DNA of 64,000 nt from Mobula hypostoma (Eukaryota), in assembly GCF_963921235.1 (NCBI RefSeq), contig NC_086097.1, positions 74,650,001-74,714,000 of the forward strand. Reading direction: 5' to 3'. Of this stretch, positions 38,611 through 52,635 are shown piece by piece. Position 1 is the stretch's first letter, and the number at the start of each line of letters is the position of its first letter. A program made the position numbers and the translations under genes. The notes under the pieces are model-generated. The model was not told the origin of the DNA and made no database searches. It saw only the letters and a program-made list of their open reading frames with translations.

Positions 38611-39375
38611 AGACTAATTTATACTTGTGCGTCAAATCGACACCGTAGGTACGGCGTAGCTGCATACCCTACACTGGACCCTACGCTGTACCCTACTCCG
38701 TACCCTACTCCGTAGCCTGATGCGCACCTCCCCAAAATGTAACTACGCATCGCGGCGACGCAGACTGCAACAACTGTGATTGGTCTGCTTAGTAGCATTG
38801 CATTCCCTCCTATGCTGCAGTAGCTTCCCATTGGGTGACTGAAGGGCAGGGAAGGAACTCTGGCTGCAATGCTTTCCATAAAGCTTTACAGACCTTTGAA
38901 ATTATGAGGACCCTGTGCTTGACGCCAGTTTGTAGCTAGCTGCTACAGCCTGTTGACTTCCACCTGAAGCTAAAGCTCGAATGGTGATTGCCAGTCTCTG
39001 AGTATACTGTGCGTACACTGATGCAAAATAAATGGTTGGAGACGATGAACCAAATCGTCAAATCTACCTGCCGACATCCAAAAATATTTGAAATGCATTT
39101 CCTTGTCCATGTCTCTCAGTGGCCAGACAAGCACAGAAAATTCACCCTCCTTCAGTTTCAGTCGCCATTGTTTGAAGTTTGAGTTTCTTTGTGTTGAGTT
39201 TTAACATGTAGAAACTCAACACAATGGCATAGAAACCCCACCGCCAACTAGCGTTTTGGTGGTGAATTGCAGTGCGACGCAAACACACCAACGCACAGGT
39301 ATAAATGCTCACAACGGCGTAGCCCACTTGCATAGGCTACGGCGTAAGCTAGTACGCACAAGTATAAATCAGCCT
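38611..39375. mobile_element. PIF/Harbinger-like MITE
   Basis: TTA|AGACTAATTTATACTTGTGCGT ... ACGCACAAGTATAAATCAGCCT|TTA: about 22-bp TIR, TTA TSD; CpG-rich; short taccctac(t/g)c repeats at 38684-38712. Confidence 0.8.
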
Positions 39376-40339
39376 TTAGTGTGTAGCAGTTGGCACCAAG
39401 GGATTTAAATGAGTTCAGGCTGGAGCCAAAGGTGGTGAAGATCAAAAAAACATATGAAAAGTTAGTCAAAGTAGTGGTTTGAAGCCATACTGGATTGAAC
39501 TTAATCCATAAAGGTGAGACCAGTGCTTGGGTTGAAGATGGAAACCAGTAGTTTCATAGCTCCCATTTGATAAAACGATGTATATTGTCAGTAGAGTTCT
39601 GTGCCAGTTTATGGCTAAATTTTTCCTTTCAACGTTTCCATTTTAATAGCTGATAATGGTTTGCTTTGCAAAATCTCAAGTACTGGTTGCTTTTATTGCC
39701 CATTTGTGAAAAATAGGTCTGTTAGATGAGGTTTTATTCATATCTACCTTAATTTTGGGTAAAAAGAGAAAGTATGAATAATATAATGCAAGGCTATATG
39801 AGGAATAAGTTGGTATGTTTTGAGGAGCATTTTCCACTAATCTCCTCATTTTACAATTAATATGTTTGCTTGAAGCAATCTCATGAGATTTCACATAATG
39901 CATATGCACTTATCTGAAAAGAATTGCTTTGTTAGCTATGTCATAACCACAAACTATATGAAAATTTCTTGGTGCTAAATATTTGAAAAACAAAACAATG
40001 CATACCAAAGTCATGGGAATTTATCATGCCTGATTTATTATAATTATAAAGAATGTTGGAGAATTCCACCCACTCTTTCCGCACTTTTAAGTTGGATTTG
40101 GTATTCTGATATTGGCACAGATTGATGCTTTTAATGTATACCTTTGTAGGTTATTACAGATTAACTTGCCTTTGTTCTACCAAAACGAGTTAAATAGTAT
40201 TGATTTCATGAGAACAAAAACCTGAGAGGCATTGCAAACCTATTCATATACTGTATAATGCAAGATAAATTCAGTTCTTTATCTGTAATCTGAAATAAAC
40301 CAACACAATATATTAACACTTTTTCTTATTCCTATCTAG

Positions 40340-40419
40340 CAACCAAGCCTGTCATAAATGGCATGTTAAGGGACCCATCTCAGATTCCTGACAGGGTTCT
40401 AGCTAATCAAGTTTATCAG
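40340..40419 (+). CDS. CDIN1: CDIN1 coding exon (exon 6 equivalent), 80 nt
   Basis: atctag acceptor, gtactg donor; (P)[26 protein letters not shown] vs recalled human [26 protein letters not shown]. Confidence 0.96.
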
Positions 40420-40821
40420 GTACTGTATTAATCACAGTTATCTTTTCCAATGGCATTTTATGTTTAATAGTGATTCACACTCATGCAGCTAAAGTAAAAG
40501 ATTTTATATTTCATTTAATTATTGTCACTGTAAACTTCTATATAGATCAGAGTTCATAGGGAAGCCAATAAACTATTTGCGTATAAAAGCTTTTTTTCTC
40601 ATTTTAATAGCCTTCTCTATTGTACATACAAGCCATGCCTGCTTTATTTTCTATATTTTAAAATTGAGCAGTCCTTGACAGTCTTTTGAACCATACTCGG
40701 AAACTGTAAATTGTAATTGCAGTTCTCGGAAAACTATTTGCCATAATAGTTATCTGATTTACCAGTGGATTATCTGACACTACATATTTAATGCACTTTT
40801 TCATCTCTTGTTTGCTTGCAG

Positions 40822-40871
40822 TGCACAGTGAACGACTGCTGTTATGGACCATTGGTAGACTGCATCAAACA
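40822..40871 (+). CDS. CDIN1: CDIN1 coding exon (exon 7 equivalent), 50 nt
   Basis: ttgcag acceptor, gtatcttt donor; [16 protein letters not shown](H) vs recalled human [17 protein letters not shown]. Confidence 0.96.
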
Positions 40872-43800
40872 GTATCTTTTTCCATAAAATTTAGGACTGA
40901 AATTGACGAGCTATGACTTTGTAGATGAGATGTGTCTAGCTTAACCTGACATCAAGTTCTGCTTCACAAAACATGTGTTTCATACCCTATCCTTGTACTT
41001 TCAATCAACTAGGGTCACTGAAAACCTTATTCATAACTGCAAAAGTATCATTGTGGACAATGTGATGCTTTTGTGAAAGGAAACAGCAGTAGAATTCATC
41101 TCTTTAATCTTTAACATATTACTGCAATATAATTAATAAAGTTCATCGGTTCTGCCTTTTAAAAAGATTGATTGCTGGAATCAGGTTACGTATTACAATG
41201 AATTTGCTAGACTTTCAACTGAGCTTTGAGTATGGGTAAAGGTAAAATAGGCATGGTGATTAGAGAGATTTAAATCTTTTAAAAAAACATCAGAGTTTTG
41301 TACGATTTACTGAGTTTTAGTAATTGACAGAAGAGGGATTGGGGGTGAAAGGCGCCAGTGACAAGGGAAGAAATTTTATGAGTCAGCATACACAAGAATG
41401 CCTTTCTGAAACTCAGTGGCAGAAAGTGTTGATTTGACCATGACCATGATGGTCAGGGCCACAGGAGGAAATAGAGCATTGCATAATAATGCCAAGAGTT
41501 TACATAAGTTCAAGAGTCTATGAACACGTTTCCATCAGAAATCTCTCCCTTTCAGGAATGCATGCACTGAAACAATATCAGTTATGTTATAGATACAGTA
41601 ATGTAACTGCTATCTTGCACTATGAAAATGAAGGTTGAATGAGGCACTGTCATTTAATCATTGGGATATGGCTACCCTGTTATTAATAACTGTTTATAAT
41701 TTTGTATTAATCCAGCATCTGCCACTAGTTCAGATTCATTCTAAGTATCTTTTATTAGCAGCATCAGTTTTTAAAGACTAAGATTAATACAGGTATTATT
41801 GCAATTTATAGAAGTTCTATTAATGAGTTTTTCCTATAATGTCATTAACAGTTTGGAGTGCATCGCTTTGATTTACAAAGCTATTTTTCACTGTAACCAA
41901 GAGCACTTCACTGGCTGTGAAAAGAAATACATTGTACAAAAATTCCCATAAGGTTTTATGTTCAGCCTCTTCTTTTTATTTGTACAAAGTATTGCTTTCT
42001 AAGATATTTTCCGGAAGCGTTTTACTTTCATAAGTCAAAGAATAGCTGTAAATAAATTACAGATCTAATTAGCATACACTCAGTGGCCACTTAGTTGCCT
42101 CCTGTTCCTAAAAAAAAAAGAAAAAATTTGGCCCTAGGAATAGAACTGAGTGTGGTCTTCTGCTGCTGTAGCCCTTCCATTTCAAAGTTCAACATGTTGT
42201 GCATTCAGAGATGCTCTTCTGCACACAACTGTTGTAATGCATGGTTATTTGAGTTACTGTCACCTTCAGCCAGTTTAAACCAGTCTGGCCATTCTCCTTT
42301 GACCTCTTATTAACAAGGCATTTTTACCCACAAAACTGCCGCTCATTGGATGCTTTTTTTTTTGTTTTAAGCACCATTCTGTGTAAACTCAGGAGGCTGA
42401 TTTGTGTGAAAATCCCAGATCAACAGTTTTTGAGTTGCTCAAACAACCCCTTCTGGCACCAACAATCATTCCACAGTCAAAGTCACTTAGATCACATTTC
42501 TGATGTTTGGTCTGAACAACAACTGAGCCTCTTCACCATGTCTGCATGCTTTTATGCATTGAGTTGTTGCCACATGATTGACTGATTAGATATTTGTATT
42601 AACGAGCAGATGTACAGGAGTACTTAATAAAATGGCCACTGAGTGTATAGTAAATGCTTTAACCTTGCATAATTGCTGTAAGAAATATGTTTGAGATGTT
42701 AGTTATGAAAGTCATTACTTTTCATTAAACACCCAACTTTTGTGTTTATGTAGCAGGATACTTTTATACCCAGGCAAGGTTGCACTGTCCGTGAAATTGT
42801 TTCATATTGGTATTCTTGAACGCAGTTGTAATCATCACATGTTGTATCTAAATATCCTTAGTCTTTTTGCTTATGTCTACAATGTAACCTGTTCTAACAT
42901 GAATTATTTTAGACAATGGTAATACAGTAGTACTGTACGACTTGAATTTTTCTCCCCAGTACAAGTAGCAGCTGTTTCTGAGGTTTTTCCTATTCTGACC
43001 TAGTTCTGATAGGGAGTATGCCTTCTTGACCAAGTCATGAAGTTGAGAGTGTTGAGCAGGTTTTTCCTTTGGAAAGTTATAATTCCACAACACACAGCAT
43101 CTGTGCAAATCCAGGTTAACAAATTGTATTACAAAAAGCAGGGAATGATATATTGTTGTGGCCTTCAAGAAACGGGATGTGGGAATCAGTTGTGCATCAG
43201 TGGAGCAGAGTGAAATGAATCACAATGATTGATAAATTAACAACAGTATACTTGATCCTGAGTAGTTTTAGAAATCCCCTACTCCCCACCCACATCTTAA
43301 ATTATTTCATGGTAGGAACATGTTTCCTGCTTATCTTGATTGACAATTGATTTTTTCCAATAAAAACACATCAGATAAGTAGTATATGAGTATTAGTCAT
43401 TATAGTTTCTGTTGACCATACTAGTTATCACTTCTATTCACAGACTAAAATATACTGTGCAGAAGATCATTCACATGAATCACCTCAATGAATTTGGAAT
43501 ATTTCATGCAATGCCATAAGTGGTTATATATTCTGATTTTCTCCAGAAGGCCCTAAAATAACAGAAGTGAATATTTTGTTGATACAGATGTTCAAGGTAG
43601 GAGGGGGTTTAGGCCACTCAGTCCCTCAAGCCTGCTCTGCTACTTAGTGAACTGATGGCTTAACTGATTTATGACCTCATCTCCAGATTCCTGCTTGCGT
43701 CAGTTATCTTCTACTCCTTGCTTTATCAACAGACTTATCTATCTCTGCCTTAACAATGTTCAATGGCCCTGCTTCCAAATTTTCATTTTCATTTTGAGTT

Positions 43801-44947
43801 GTTTTCTTTAAATCACTTAAATAGTGAATACGAATACAGTAATATTTTGCAGGAGGAAGAAAAACTTAACTGTAACTAATATACAGCTCAATAATGTAAT
43901 ACTCTAATATAACAATACTATCAATTTGGCTCTAAATGCAATTCCCTTAAATATGTCTCTCAGTAAATCCTCAGAGTTTTTTTTTATCTCTGGTGATATT
44001 ATTAGAGTTCATGATTTTAAATAATAATATTCGAGAAATTAACCAAAGCAAAGTAGATGGTCACATTGATTATGATGGTTCTGATTTAATTAAAGGACAG
44101 TTTCTCTTTAAATGTTGTAGTCATCATCTCTATGATCCTTTCAGCCTGGAATATAGCAAAGACATAGAACAGTGGTAATTTTCAAAATATTGCACTGTGG
44201 TGCTATTACATGACATAATACCTGCATGTCCTATGCATTTTGGAAAAATACTCAGCCTGTAACAAACATGAATGAAGGTTGCTACACACACAGATTTGCA
44301 CAAGTGATCAATTAATGCATTCATACAAAATTATTACAGACATGACGCCTGGGTACGGTGTGGAGAATCTGAAGTGTTCATCATCCTTAAAACAGATTAC
44401 TACTTTAACTTAGTATCCTTAGTGATTGGCATAGTGTTCCCACCCTTCTTTCTGCCACCTCATTGATCTGCCTTAAGATCTCCTCTCCAAAATGCTTAAT
44501 CCCATTCTGAACAAAAGAATGGGTACCTTCCTTAGGCATTACCACCACCACCATTTTAATTTTCTCCCTAGAACTGCTTTCTTCTTTCAGTCCCCTTCTC
44601 CAATATTTATATTCCACTTTGGAGTATTTATTTTGAATATTTCCCTACATTATTAATATTTTTATTGTTTTCATTATTTCTATTGAAGTGATATTAAGCT
44701 TACAGTGACAATATTTTATTAATTTAGAAGAACTTTTAAAATCAATCTTATTTAGCATCAAATTAGACATTTTTTTAATAAATTTAAAGCAGTTTACATA
44801 ATCCACAAAGCGTTAACATGGATTGACTTTTTATTCCAAAGGAATGTACAGTTAAAAATAATAACTGCTGCAAGCCCACTGGTTCAAACTCAGTTGCTAT
44901 GGTCTTGTGCAATGACGTCTGTTGTTTCCTTAACTTACTACCTATAG
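40872..44947 (+). other. U12-type (minor spliceosome) GT-AG intron of CDIN1
   Basis: 5' splice site GTATCTTTT (U12 consensus RTATCCTTT, one deviation at +6); branch site TTTCCTTAAC at 44925-44934, ending 13 nt before the end of the intron; no long pyrimidine tract. Confidence 0.88.
42077..42645 (-). mobile_element. Tc1-derived MITE
   Basis: TA|CACTCAGTGGCCAC ... TGGCCACTGAGTG|TA; minus strand retains DLSDFDCGMIVGAR (Tc1 transposase N-terminus). Confidence 0.85.
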
Positions 44948-45015
44948 CGCCATTGGACAAGAATATGAAATTCTGCTTCGTGAAAAGCTACAAAGGAAAA
45001 AACTATCATTTTTAG
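44948..45015 (+). CDS. CDIN1: CDIN1 coding exon (exon 8 equivalent), 68 nt
   Basis: ctatag acceptor, gtaaaa donor; (H)AIGQEYEILLREKLQRKKLSFL(D) vs recalled human [22 protein letters not shown]. Confidence 0.94.
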
Positions 45016-46717
45016 GTAAAAATTTGATTGGAAACCATGTAATCCACAACAGTTCACTTTGTCGGAAAGTACAGAAAATGCAGCCTATCTGTAAGGCTGA
45101 AGAAAGAGCTGAAATGATTGATGCTGTGCATGTTATCTTATATTGATTTAGGACTAGACAGGAAATCAGATACCTAATACTCTTACATACAGTACACATA
45201 GAAACTTGTGATTAATATTTTATAGCATAAGTAGCTGGAAAAATACCTTTATAATAGTTGCTTCTGTAAAACCTCTCATATCCTGAGATTACATATGTGA
45301 GCCTTGTCTTCAGAGAATTAAAGTGAAGCATAAGGAACCAAACCTAAGAGGTGGTTTACATATGAAAGAAATGGAGTTGGGGGAAGCAGGTATGTGATGT
45401 GCAAAAAGCATTCCACCTCAGAAGGAAGATAAATTACAGATTACTTGGACTATTCCTTGCAAAGAGGTGGTATCTTTCAATAATTTCATGTTTATATTGG
45501 TAGAAAGCTGTTTTCAATTCTGAGAATTCAATGCTTTTGAAAGTCTTGTGGTATAGAAAATCTTAGGGTTTTTTTGTTTCCCACTAATATAAACTTCTTT
45601 GTCATTTGATGCATATATAAAATATTCAAAGCAAAATTTGTATTGCCTTTGGGGATAAAATCAATATCTTATTTGAACATGAATTATCACAGAACTTACT
45701 CATTACAGAAGGATGACATCTTGAGGATTGCATCATTTGGTAAAGCCATTGAATGTTTTCTTTTCCCTTGTACAACACATTTAGAATTTATCAACACACT
45801 AGCCTGCGTTTTTAAATTAAACTGAGTGAAGGTTACATATTTTCTTAATTCTTGGTACATCCCTGCTCATATTGTATTTCCAGGTTCTTGCACTTGTTCA
45901 TTACATATTACAGGACACTCTGCAGGAATGTCCATGAGTAAAGGCATGGTTCATTGGGATATAATAAGTAAAGCACTGAATTTATTGAGCATTAAGTATG
46001 GAGAAGATTTAGTTAACTTGCAGCCTCTGATTCTGTTTAAGAGGGCAGTGAACCATTCACATCTCGCTTAATTGGCTATCAGCCAATATCTATTACTGCA
46101 TATCTTCCCAGCTCACTTTCTCTAAATGCTGTATTTCTTTCTCCCAGCTTCTGTTTCCCTCATGTTTCTTCACGGTAATGCCGCCTTCAAAACCAGTGCT
46201 TCCTATTTGAATCTTTCCCCTTTAGAGAAATTCCTTCCGCTGATGATGTAGATTACTTGACTGTGGTGAACCTACTTCCCATACTCTGCTTCAACCCAGT
46301 CTCCCAGATCTACAGTGCTGTTGTCCTTGCATTTGTTCCTACCATCCTTCACATTGAAAAGATTATTCTTCATCATAACTGTTACTGTTAGCATGAGACC
46401 ATCTATCGCTACTACTTTCCATTCCCAATAGCATACATACCATCAAACACTGATTCAAATGGTTCTGTTTATTATCAGAGAATGTATACAGTATACAGTC
46501 TGAAATACTTGTCATTGTAGACATCCACGAAAAACAGAGGAACCCCAAAGAATGAATGACAGAAAAACATTAGAACTCCAGTAACACATCAACCTCCCCC
46601 CTCCCTTCATCAGTTTTCAGCGAAAAGCATCAATGCCTACCACCCACCAAGCAACAGCAAAGCACCCAAAGAGAGACCATGATCTCCAGTCAACAAAAAC
46701 TATTGTTTACCCGACAG

Positions 46718-46850
46718 GACTGATGAAGGGTCTTGGCTAGAAACATCGACTGTTTACTCATTTCCATCGATGCTGCCTGGCCTGCTGAGTTCCTCCAGCA
46801 TTTTCTGTGGGTTGCTTGGATTTCCAGCATCTGCAGATCTGCTCATGTTT
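46718..46850 (+). mobile_element. Penelope-like terminal repeat with hammerhead-like motif
   Basis: CTGATGA-AGGGTCTTGGCTA-GAAAC-ATC-GACTG then the family tail. Confidence 0.75.
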
Positions 46851-47054
46851 GTTTTTATATAATCCATGTACTTCATCCACTGCTCTGCCTTCATCAAAGG
46901 ATGAAGTTGAGATGAAGTATGAGGTTGATGAACTAGATAGGTAAATTTTATTCTCCGTGGGTGAAATAATTAAGTATTTTAAAAGAGGGTAAATCCAGTT
47001 GTATGGTGTATTTTTTTGTACTCTTCTTCCCGTATGATTGACATGGAAAATCTT

Positions 47055-47437
47055 TCTTATCTGTGTCACTGAAAAGAGGATGCTGTCTAAGATGCGGCTG
47101 TCTAAGTTGCATGCCATCTTGGTCAGTGTCTCCCATCCACTACATAATGTACTGGGTGGGCACAGGAGTACATTCAGCCAGAGACTCATTCCTCCAAGAT
47201 GCAGCACAGAGCGTCATAGGAAGTCATTCCTGCCTGTGGCCATCAAACTTTACAACTCCTCCCTTGGAGGGTCAAACACCCTGTGCCGATAGGCTGGTCC
47301 TGGACTTATTTCATAATTTACTGGCATAATTTACATATTACTATTTAACTATTTATGGTTCTATTACTATTTATTATTTATGGTGCAACTGTAACAAAAA
47401 CCAATTTCCCCCTGGGATCAATAAAGTATGACTATGA
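47055..47437 (+). mobile_element. Rex1-like LINE 3' end
   Basis: SHPLHNVL..QRLIPPRCSTERHRKSFLPVAIKLYN; tail gggatcaataaagtatgactatgac. Confidence 0.75.
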
Positions 47438-47929
47438 CATTGTGGGTCTTACTATGAAAAAGGGACACAGTCAAAACAAAATCTTCAATGGTCTCATCCA
47501 GCCCATTCACAGTCACACTAGTGGATTTAGGTGCATTTGAGGTGCATCGCATGGCCTTGCTGGCTTGCCTCTGAGAAGGAACAATTTGCCAGAAGCCAGA
47601 TTGCTTAAATCACAATTGGTTTGCAGGCTTGTCAGTGAGCTGAGTATATGGTGGCCTCAGATAATTCTTGAATCCTGGTGACTTTCTGACTCATTGATCA
47701 AGCTCACGCTGGCCTTTAAAACTTTCTTTTGTGTTCTCAAGTACTCAGCACTTTATCAATAACTAACGTAATGGGGTTGAATGCCACGTACTCTTGCGAA
47801 TGACACTAGCATAGTTGGCATCATGTGCTACATGGCTAGAGACACAAAATTATGAAATATCTATTAACAGACTAAACCATTGAGTATTTTAAGATAAATG
47901 GAAACAACATCTCCTCTGTAATGTGTCTA

Positions 47930-48835
47930 GGGTCCATGACCTTGCTGTTGCTTTGCCTCACTTACATAGATTTTGAGTTCTCTTCGGAGTAAATACAGAT
48001 GCAGAAGATCCTTTTAAGACCTCCCCATCACTTGGCTCCACGCATAGATTACCGTTCTGATATTTCAGAGGACCAATTTTGTCTCTTGCTATCCTTTTGC
48101 TCTTAATATATCTGTAGAAGCCCTTAGGATTCTCCTTCACCTTGTCTGTTAGAGCAATCTCATGACTTCATTTAGCCCTGCTGATTTCCTTCTTAAGTGT
48201 TCTGTTGCATTTCTTGTATGCCTCCAGCACCTCATTTGTTCTTGCTTGCCTATATCTGCTATGCACCTCTTCTTTTTCTTAACCAGGGCTTCAATATCTC
48301 TCAAATCAAGGTTCCCTAAACCTGTTATCCTTGCCTTTTATTCTGACGGAAGCATACAAACTCTGTACTCTCAAAATGTCATCTTTTGAAAGGCTCCCAT
48401 TTACCAAGTACACCTTTGCCAGAAAACAACCTGTCCCAATCCACATTTGTCAGATCCTGTCTGATATCAAAATTGGCCTTTCTCCTATTTAGAATCTCAA
48501 CCCAAAGGCCTTAGCACCTAACCCCCGAATTTTCTTTGCAGGACCTCGTCACCCTTCCTACCCATGTCGTTCGTATCTATGTGGACCACGATCTCTGGCT
48601 GCTCCCCCTCCCCCTTAATGCTGTGGACTTGATCCAAGATGTCCCTGATGAAGACAACAAACTATCCAGAAATATCATTCTTGTCTACAGACCCTCCTTA
48701 TTGTTCCCCTATTACCACAGCTTGTCTCTTCTCTTTCTACATCCCCCATCCCCTTCTGAGCCCCAGATACCTGACCACCGTGGCTTTCCTCTGCTAGTCA
48801 TTCCCTCCAACAGTATTCCCAGCAGTATACCTCTT
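47930..48835 (-). mobile_element. CR1-type LINE internal fragments
   Basis: KENPKGFYRYIKSKRIARDKIGPLK (CR1 ORF2 linker); further CR1-like pieces continue to about 49740. Confidence 0.75.
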
Positions 48836-49480
48836 TAGATTATGGGGACACTCAGTCCTCGTTTATTGTCATTTAGAAATGCATGCATTAAAAAATGATA
48901 CCATGTTCCTCCGGTATGATATCACAGAAACACAAGACAGACCAAGACTAAAACTGACACAACCACATAATTGTAACATATAGTTACAACAGTGCAAAGC
49001 AATACCGTAATTTGATAAGAGCAGACCATGGACACGGTAAAATATGTCTCAAAGTCCCGATAGCCCCAACATCTCACGCAGACGGTAGAAGGGAGAAATT
49101 CTCCCTGCCATGAACTTCCAGCGCTGCAAACTTGCTGACAAAGCATCCTGGAACACCCGACCACAGTCCGACTCTGAGTCCGTCCAAAAGCTTCGAGCCT
49201 CCGACCAGCCCTCCGAGCACCATCTCTGCCGAGCGCTTCGACCCTGGCCTCAGCCGCCAAGCAATAGGCAAAGCTGGGGATTCGGAGCCTCCCCCTCCGG
49301 AGATTTCAGATCCCATAGTGGCAGCAGCAGCGAAGCAGGCATTTCAGAAGTTTCACCAGATGTTCCTCTGTGCTCTCACATCTGCCTCCATCAAATCAGA
49401 ATTGTGCACAGCCTCCTACTTGACAGATTACAGATATTCATCACCAGAGAGGCCGCGCGTGCTGCGTCGCTTCGTCATCT
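48836..49480 (-). repeat. GC-rich non-autonomous retroposon-like insertion inside the CR1 fragment
   Basis: Abrupt CpG-rich segment; minus strand ends atgacaataaacgaggactgagtgtccccataatctaa, a LINE-like tail; family not identified. Confidence 0.5.
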
Positions 49481-50934
49481 TCTCCTTCCTGTTGTGGAGT
49501 TAAATTACCATTGGGATGCTCTGCATTGGTTGCCTATCTCATTTTCCCCTCCTGACAGTTGGTTACCTGTGTCCGGCACCTTCGGTACTACCTCCCTGTA
49601 TGTACTGTCTATCAACCTCTCAGCCTCTCGAATTATTGGAAGTTCATCTAGTTCCAGCTCTATTTCTTTAACACGGTCTGTCAGAAGCTGCAGCTGTACG
49701 CTCTTCTTGCAGGTGTAGTCATCAGGGACACTGGAGGTCTTCCTACATGTTTCTCAGAGATCTACAACAATTGCTGTTACAAATTTAAAGCCTAAATCTT
49801 AACTCCAAAATGTCTTTACCGTCTGTTTACCTTTCGTTAAGTTTTCTTTCTTCATTGAAGTTTGCATCTTTATTTACAGCCCTTTTCTGTTTTATTTCTT
49901 GAAGTTTCCAGTCCTCCAGCAGTGCTGCAGTCATGTTCTTCAATTTTCATTTTTGTTCCAATAATTTGTTTAGTTTGTACCTGACATTCCATGCAACTGT
50001 AGAGTTTACTTATCCGACGCTCCAACGTTCCCACCTGCTGTTTTACACATGCACATAATTTTATTTTTAAAGAAAATCTTTCAGTTTTCAGTTTTACTTC
50101 ATCAGCCATTCCTTTTGTACAAATTTATGTCCAATAATCATTCCACTTTTATTTATTTGATTTTTTTTTCTTGCATTTGTTTGCAAGTCGAAATCCTCGT
50201 GATCATACTCTTTATACTTGCCACTAGAATTCTAGACATATTAGGTTCAAGAGTGGTCTTGCCAACGATATATTTCCTTTCTTTGGGTTTTGGAAGCCTT
50301 CAGAAGATGAAGCTCCTGTTTCCTACTATCACTTCTTTAACCACATGCTTGTTTCTCTGATTTTCTTGGTGGTGTAGTAATAATCCTAAAGTCAGAATCC
50401 ATGAGTTCCTTGGGTTAGATCCTGGCACATGTTGTACAAAACCTTTGTCTTTTTGCTATCATCTATGACTAACTTTGCAAACTGAATATATTTTACCCTT
50501 TATGCAATCCAGATGTGTAACCTGCTTTATCACGACTTTGTCTATGTTATTTGTATAGAACATAGAACACAACACAGTACAAGCCCTTCAGCTCATAATG
50601 TTGTGCCAACCCTTTAGCCTACAAGATCGATTTAATGCTTCCATCCCACATAGCCCCCTATTTTACTTTATCCACTAAAAGAAGTTTCTTTTTTAAACAG
50701 AAGAGTAATCTTTTTCTCTCCACTGAATCCACTACCTGTCTTTCTGAGTATTTAATCTGTGTTCCACTATTACTCTACTGGACTAAAATGAAAACAGATC
50801 TTCAGCTGTTGGTCACTTCCACCTCTTTGCTGCTTCCACTCTTCCTCCTTCTGTGTTCCTATCGCCTCTCCTCATCTGGATTAATATGTACAGTTTATTT
50901 CTGTGTGTATATAATATTTATGGTTGTTTAACAT

Positions 50935-52230
50935 TAGACAAGGTGAAATGAATGGCAGAATTCTGGCAAATGAGTACAATGTGGGAAAATGTGCAGTTGT
51001 CCACTTTGACAGGAAAAATAAGCAACACGTTATCTTAATCGTGAGCCATACGGAGCTTTGTGGTGTAGAGGGATCTGGATGATCCAGAGTATGATTCACT
51101 AAAGGCATCAGGTACATTGGGAAAGTTAACAGAATATTATCATATGATGCTGGGGGAATTGATAAAAGCAACAAGGTTATGCCTTAGTTATACACTGTGA
51201 CCAATTTATTACACCTGTACACCTATTTGTTAATGCAGCTATCTAATCAGCCAATCATGTGACAGCAGCCCGATGCATAAAAGCATGCAGATGTGGTCAA
51301 GTGGTTCAGTTGTTGTTCAAAACAAACATCAGGGTGGGGATTTTTCTAAGTGACTTTTACCGTGGAATGATTGTAGGTTCCAGATGAGGTGGTTTGAGTG
51401 TCTCAGAAACTGCTGATCTTGGATTTTCACACATATCTCTAGAGAATGGTATGATAAGCAAAGCAAAACATCCAGTGAGCAGCAGTTCACTGAATTCTCT
51501 GGGTCAACACATCTTGTTAATGCGAGAGACAGGAAGGTGACTGTAACTCAAATAACCACATGTTACAACAGTGGTGTGCAGAAGAGCATCTATGAATGGA
51601 CAACACTTTGAACCTCGAAGTGTATTGGCTACAGCAGCAAACCACAAGCATATACTCAGTGACCACTTTATTAGGTACAGGAGGTCCCTAATAAAGCAAC
51701 CACTGAGTATATAGGGCATGTTGAGACCTCATCTGGATCATGGTGTTTAGTATTAGTCTCCTTTTAAAGGATGGCAAGACACAGATCAGAGAAAGTTTAC
51801 TCAACTAATATCTGAAATGGGTGAAGTGTCCTATGAGGAAAGATTGGATAGGCGATCTCTGCCACCAGTGGAGTTTAGAATTGTGATAGATGACTTCATT
51901 TGAAGCAGGTTTCCATAAAGTTTTGACAGAATGAGTGTAGAGAAGATATCGTCTCTCATGGAAGAATCTAGAACTGGGAATCACTGTTTAAAAATAGGGA
52001 TTGCATATTTAGGACAGGCATGAAGTTATTTTGTTTTTTTTAATATATCCCAGGTTTGGAAATTTCCTCAGAGTTGTAGGGACAGAATCTGTGTACTGTA
52101 CTTTTTAGGATTGACATGGTTGAATATTTGATAAGCATGAGACTGGGATGTAACGTTCAGGTTTCAATGTGGTCAGCCATAATTTTATTGAACAGTGAAG
52201 CAGACTCAAGGAGACAAGTAGCCTAATTTG
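50935..52230 (+). mobile_element. Old CR1-type LINE fragment interrupted by a Tc1 MITE
   Basis: YNVGKCAVVHFDRKN, RPHLDH.V, SYEERLDR remnants on either side of 51193-51709. Confidence 0.65.
51193..51709 (+). mobile_element. Tc1-derived MITE, same family as 42077-42645, opposite orientation
   Basis: TA-flanked; LSDFYRGMIVGSR*GGLSVSETADL remnant; terminal hairpin ctcagtgaccactttattagg...cctaataaagcaaccactgag. Confidence 0.8.
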
Positions 52231-52311
52231 TATGCTGGCTAACACCAAAAGTACAAAAGCTTAATCACTAAAATTACTAATTTATGAGACGGGTACTTCC
52301 GCTAAAGTTAA

Positions 52312-52635
52312 AGATTACCTTTACTTGTTATATGTACATCGAAATATACAGTGAAATGCGTCATTTGTGTCATCGACCAACATAGTTTGAATATGTGCTG
52401 AGGGCAGCCCACGTGTTGCTGAGATTCCAAATTCAATGTAGCATGCCCACAATTTGCAAACCCTAACCTGTGCGTCTTTAGAATGTGGTAAGAAAGTGGA
52501 ACACCCAAAGAAGTCCACGCAGTCACAGAGAGAACGTACATACTCCTTACAGACAGTGACAGGAATTGCACCCTGTTAGCTAATTCCTGGCGCTGTAATA
52601 ACATTATGCTAATTGCTACACCACTATGTCACCCT
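52312..52635 (-). mobile_element. V-SINE-like element
   Basis: Minus strand ggagtatgtacgttctctctgtgactgcgtggacttctttgggtgttccactttcttaccaca resembles the V-domain consensus; degenerate tRNA-like head and LINE-like tail. Confidence 0.7.

Noticed and set aside
38660..38720. Short tandem taccctac repeats as a CRISPR-like array
   Set aside because: 12-nt periodic subterminal repeats within a Harbinger-like MITE; no spacers or cas genes; eukaryotic context
48922..49718. Overlapping GC-rich ORFs up to 202 aa
   Set aside because: They lie within a repeat insertion and adjacent CR1 remnants; no recognisable domain or splice context
52550..52635. tRNA gene
   Set aside because: Only a degenerate tRNA-like SINE head; no complete cloverleaf evident
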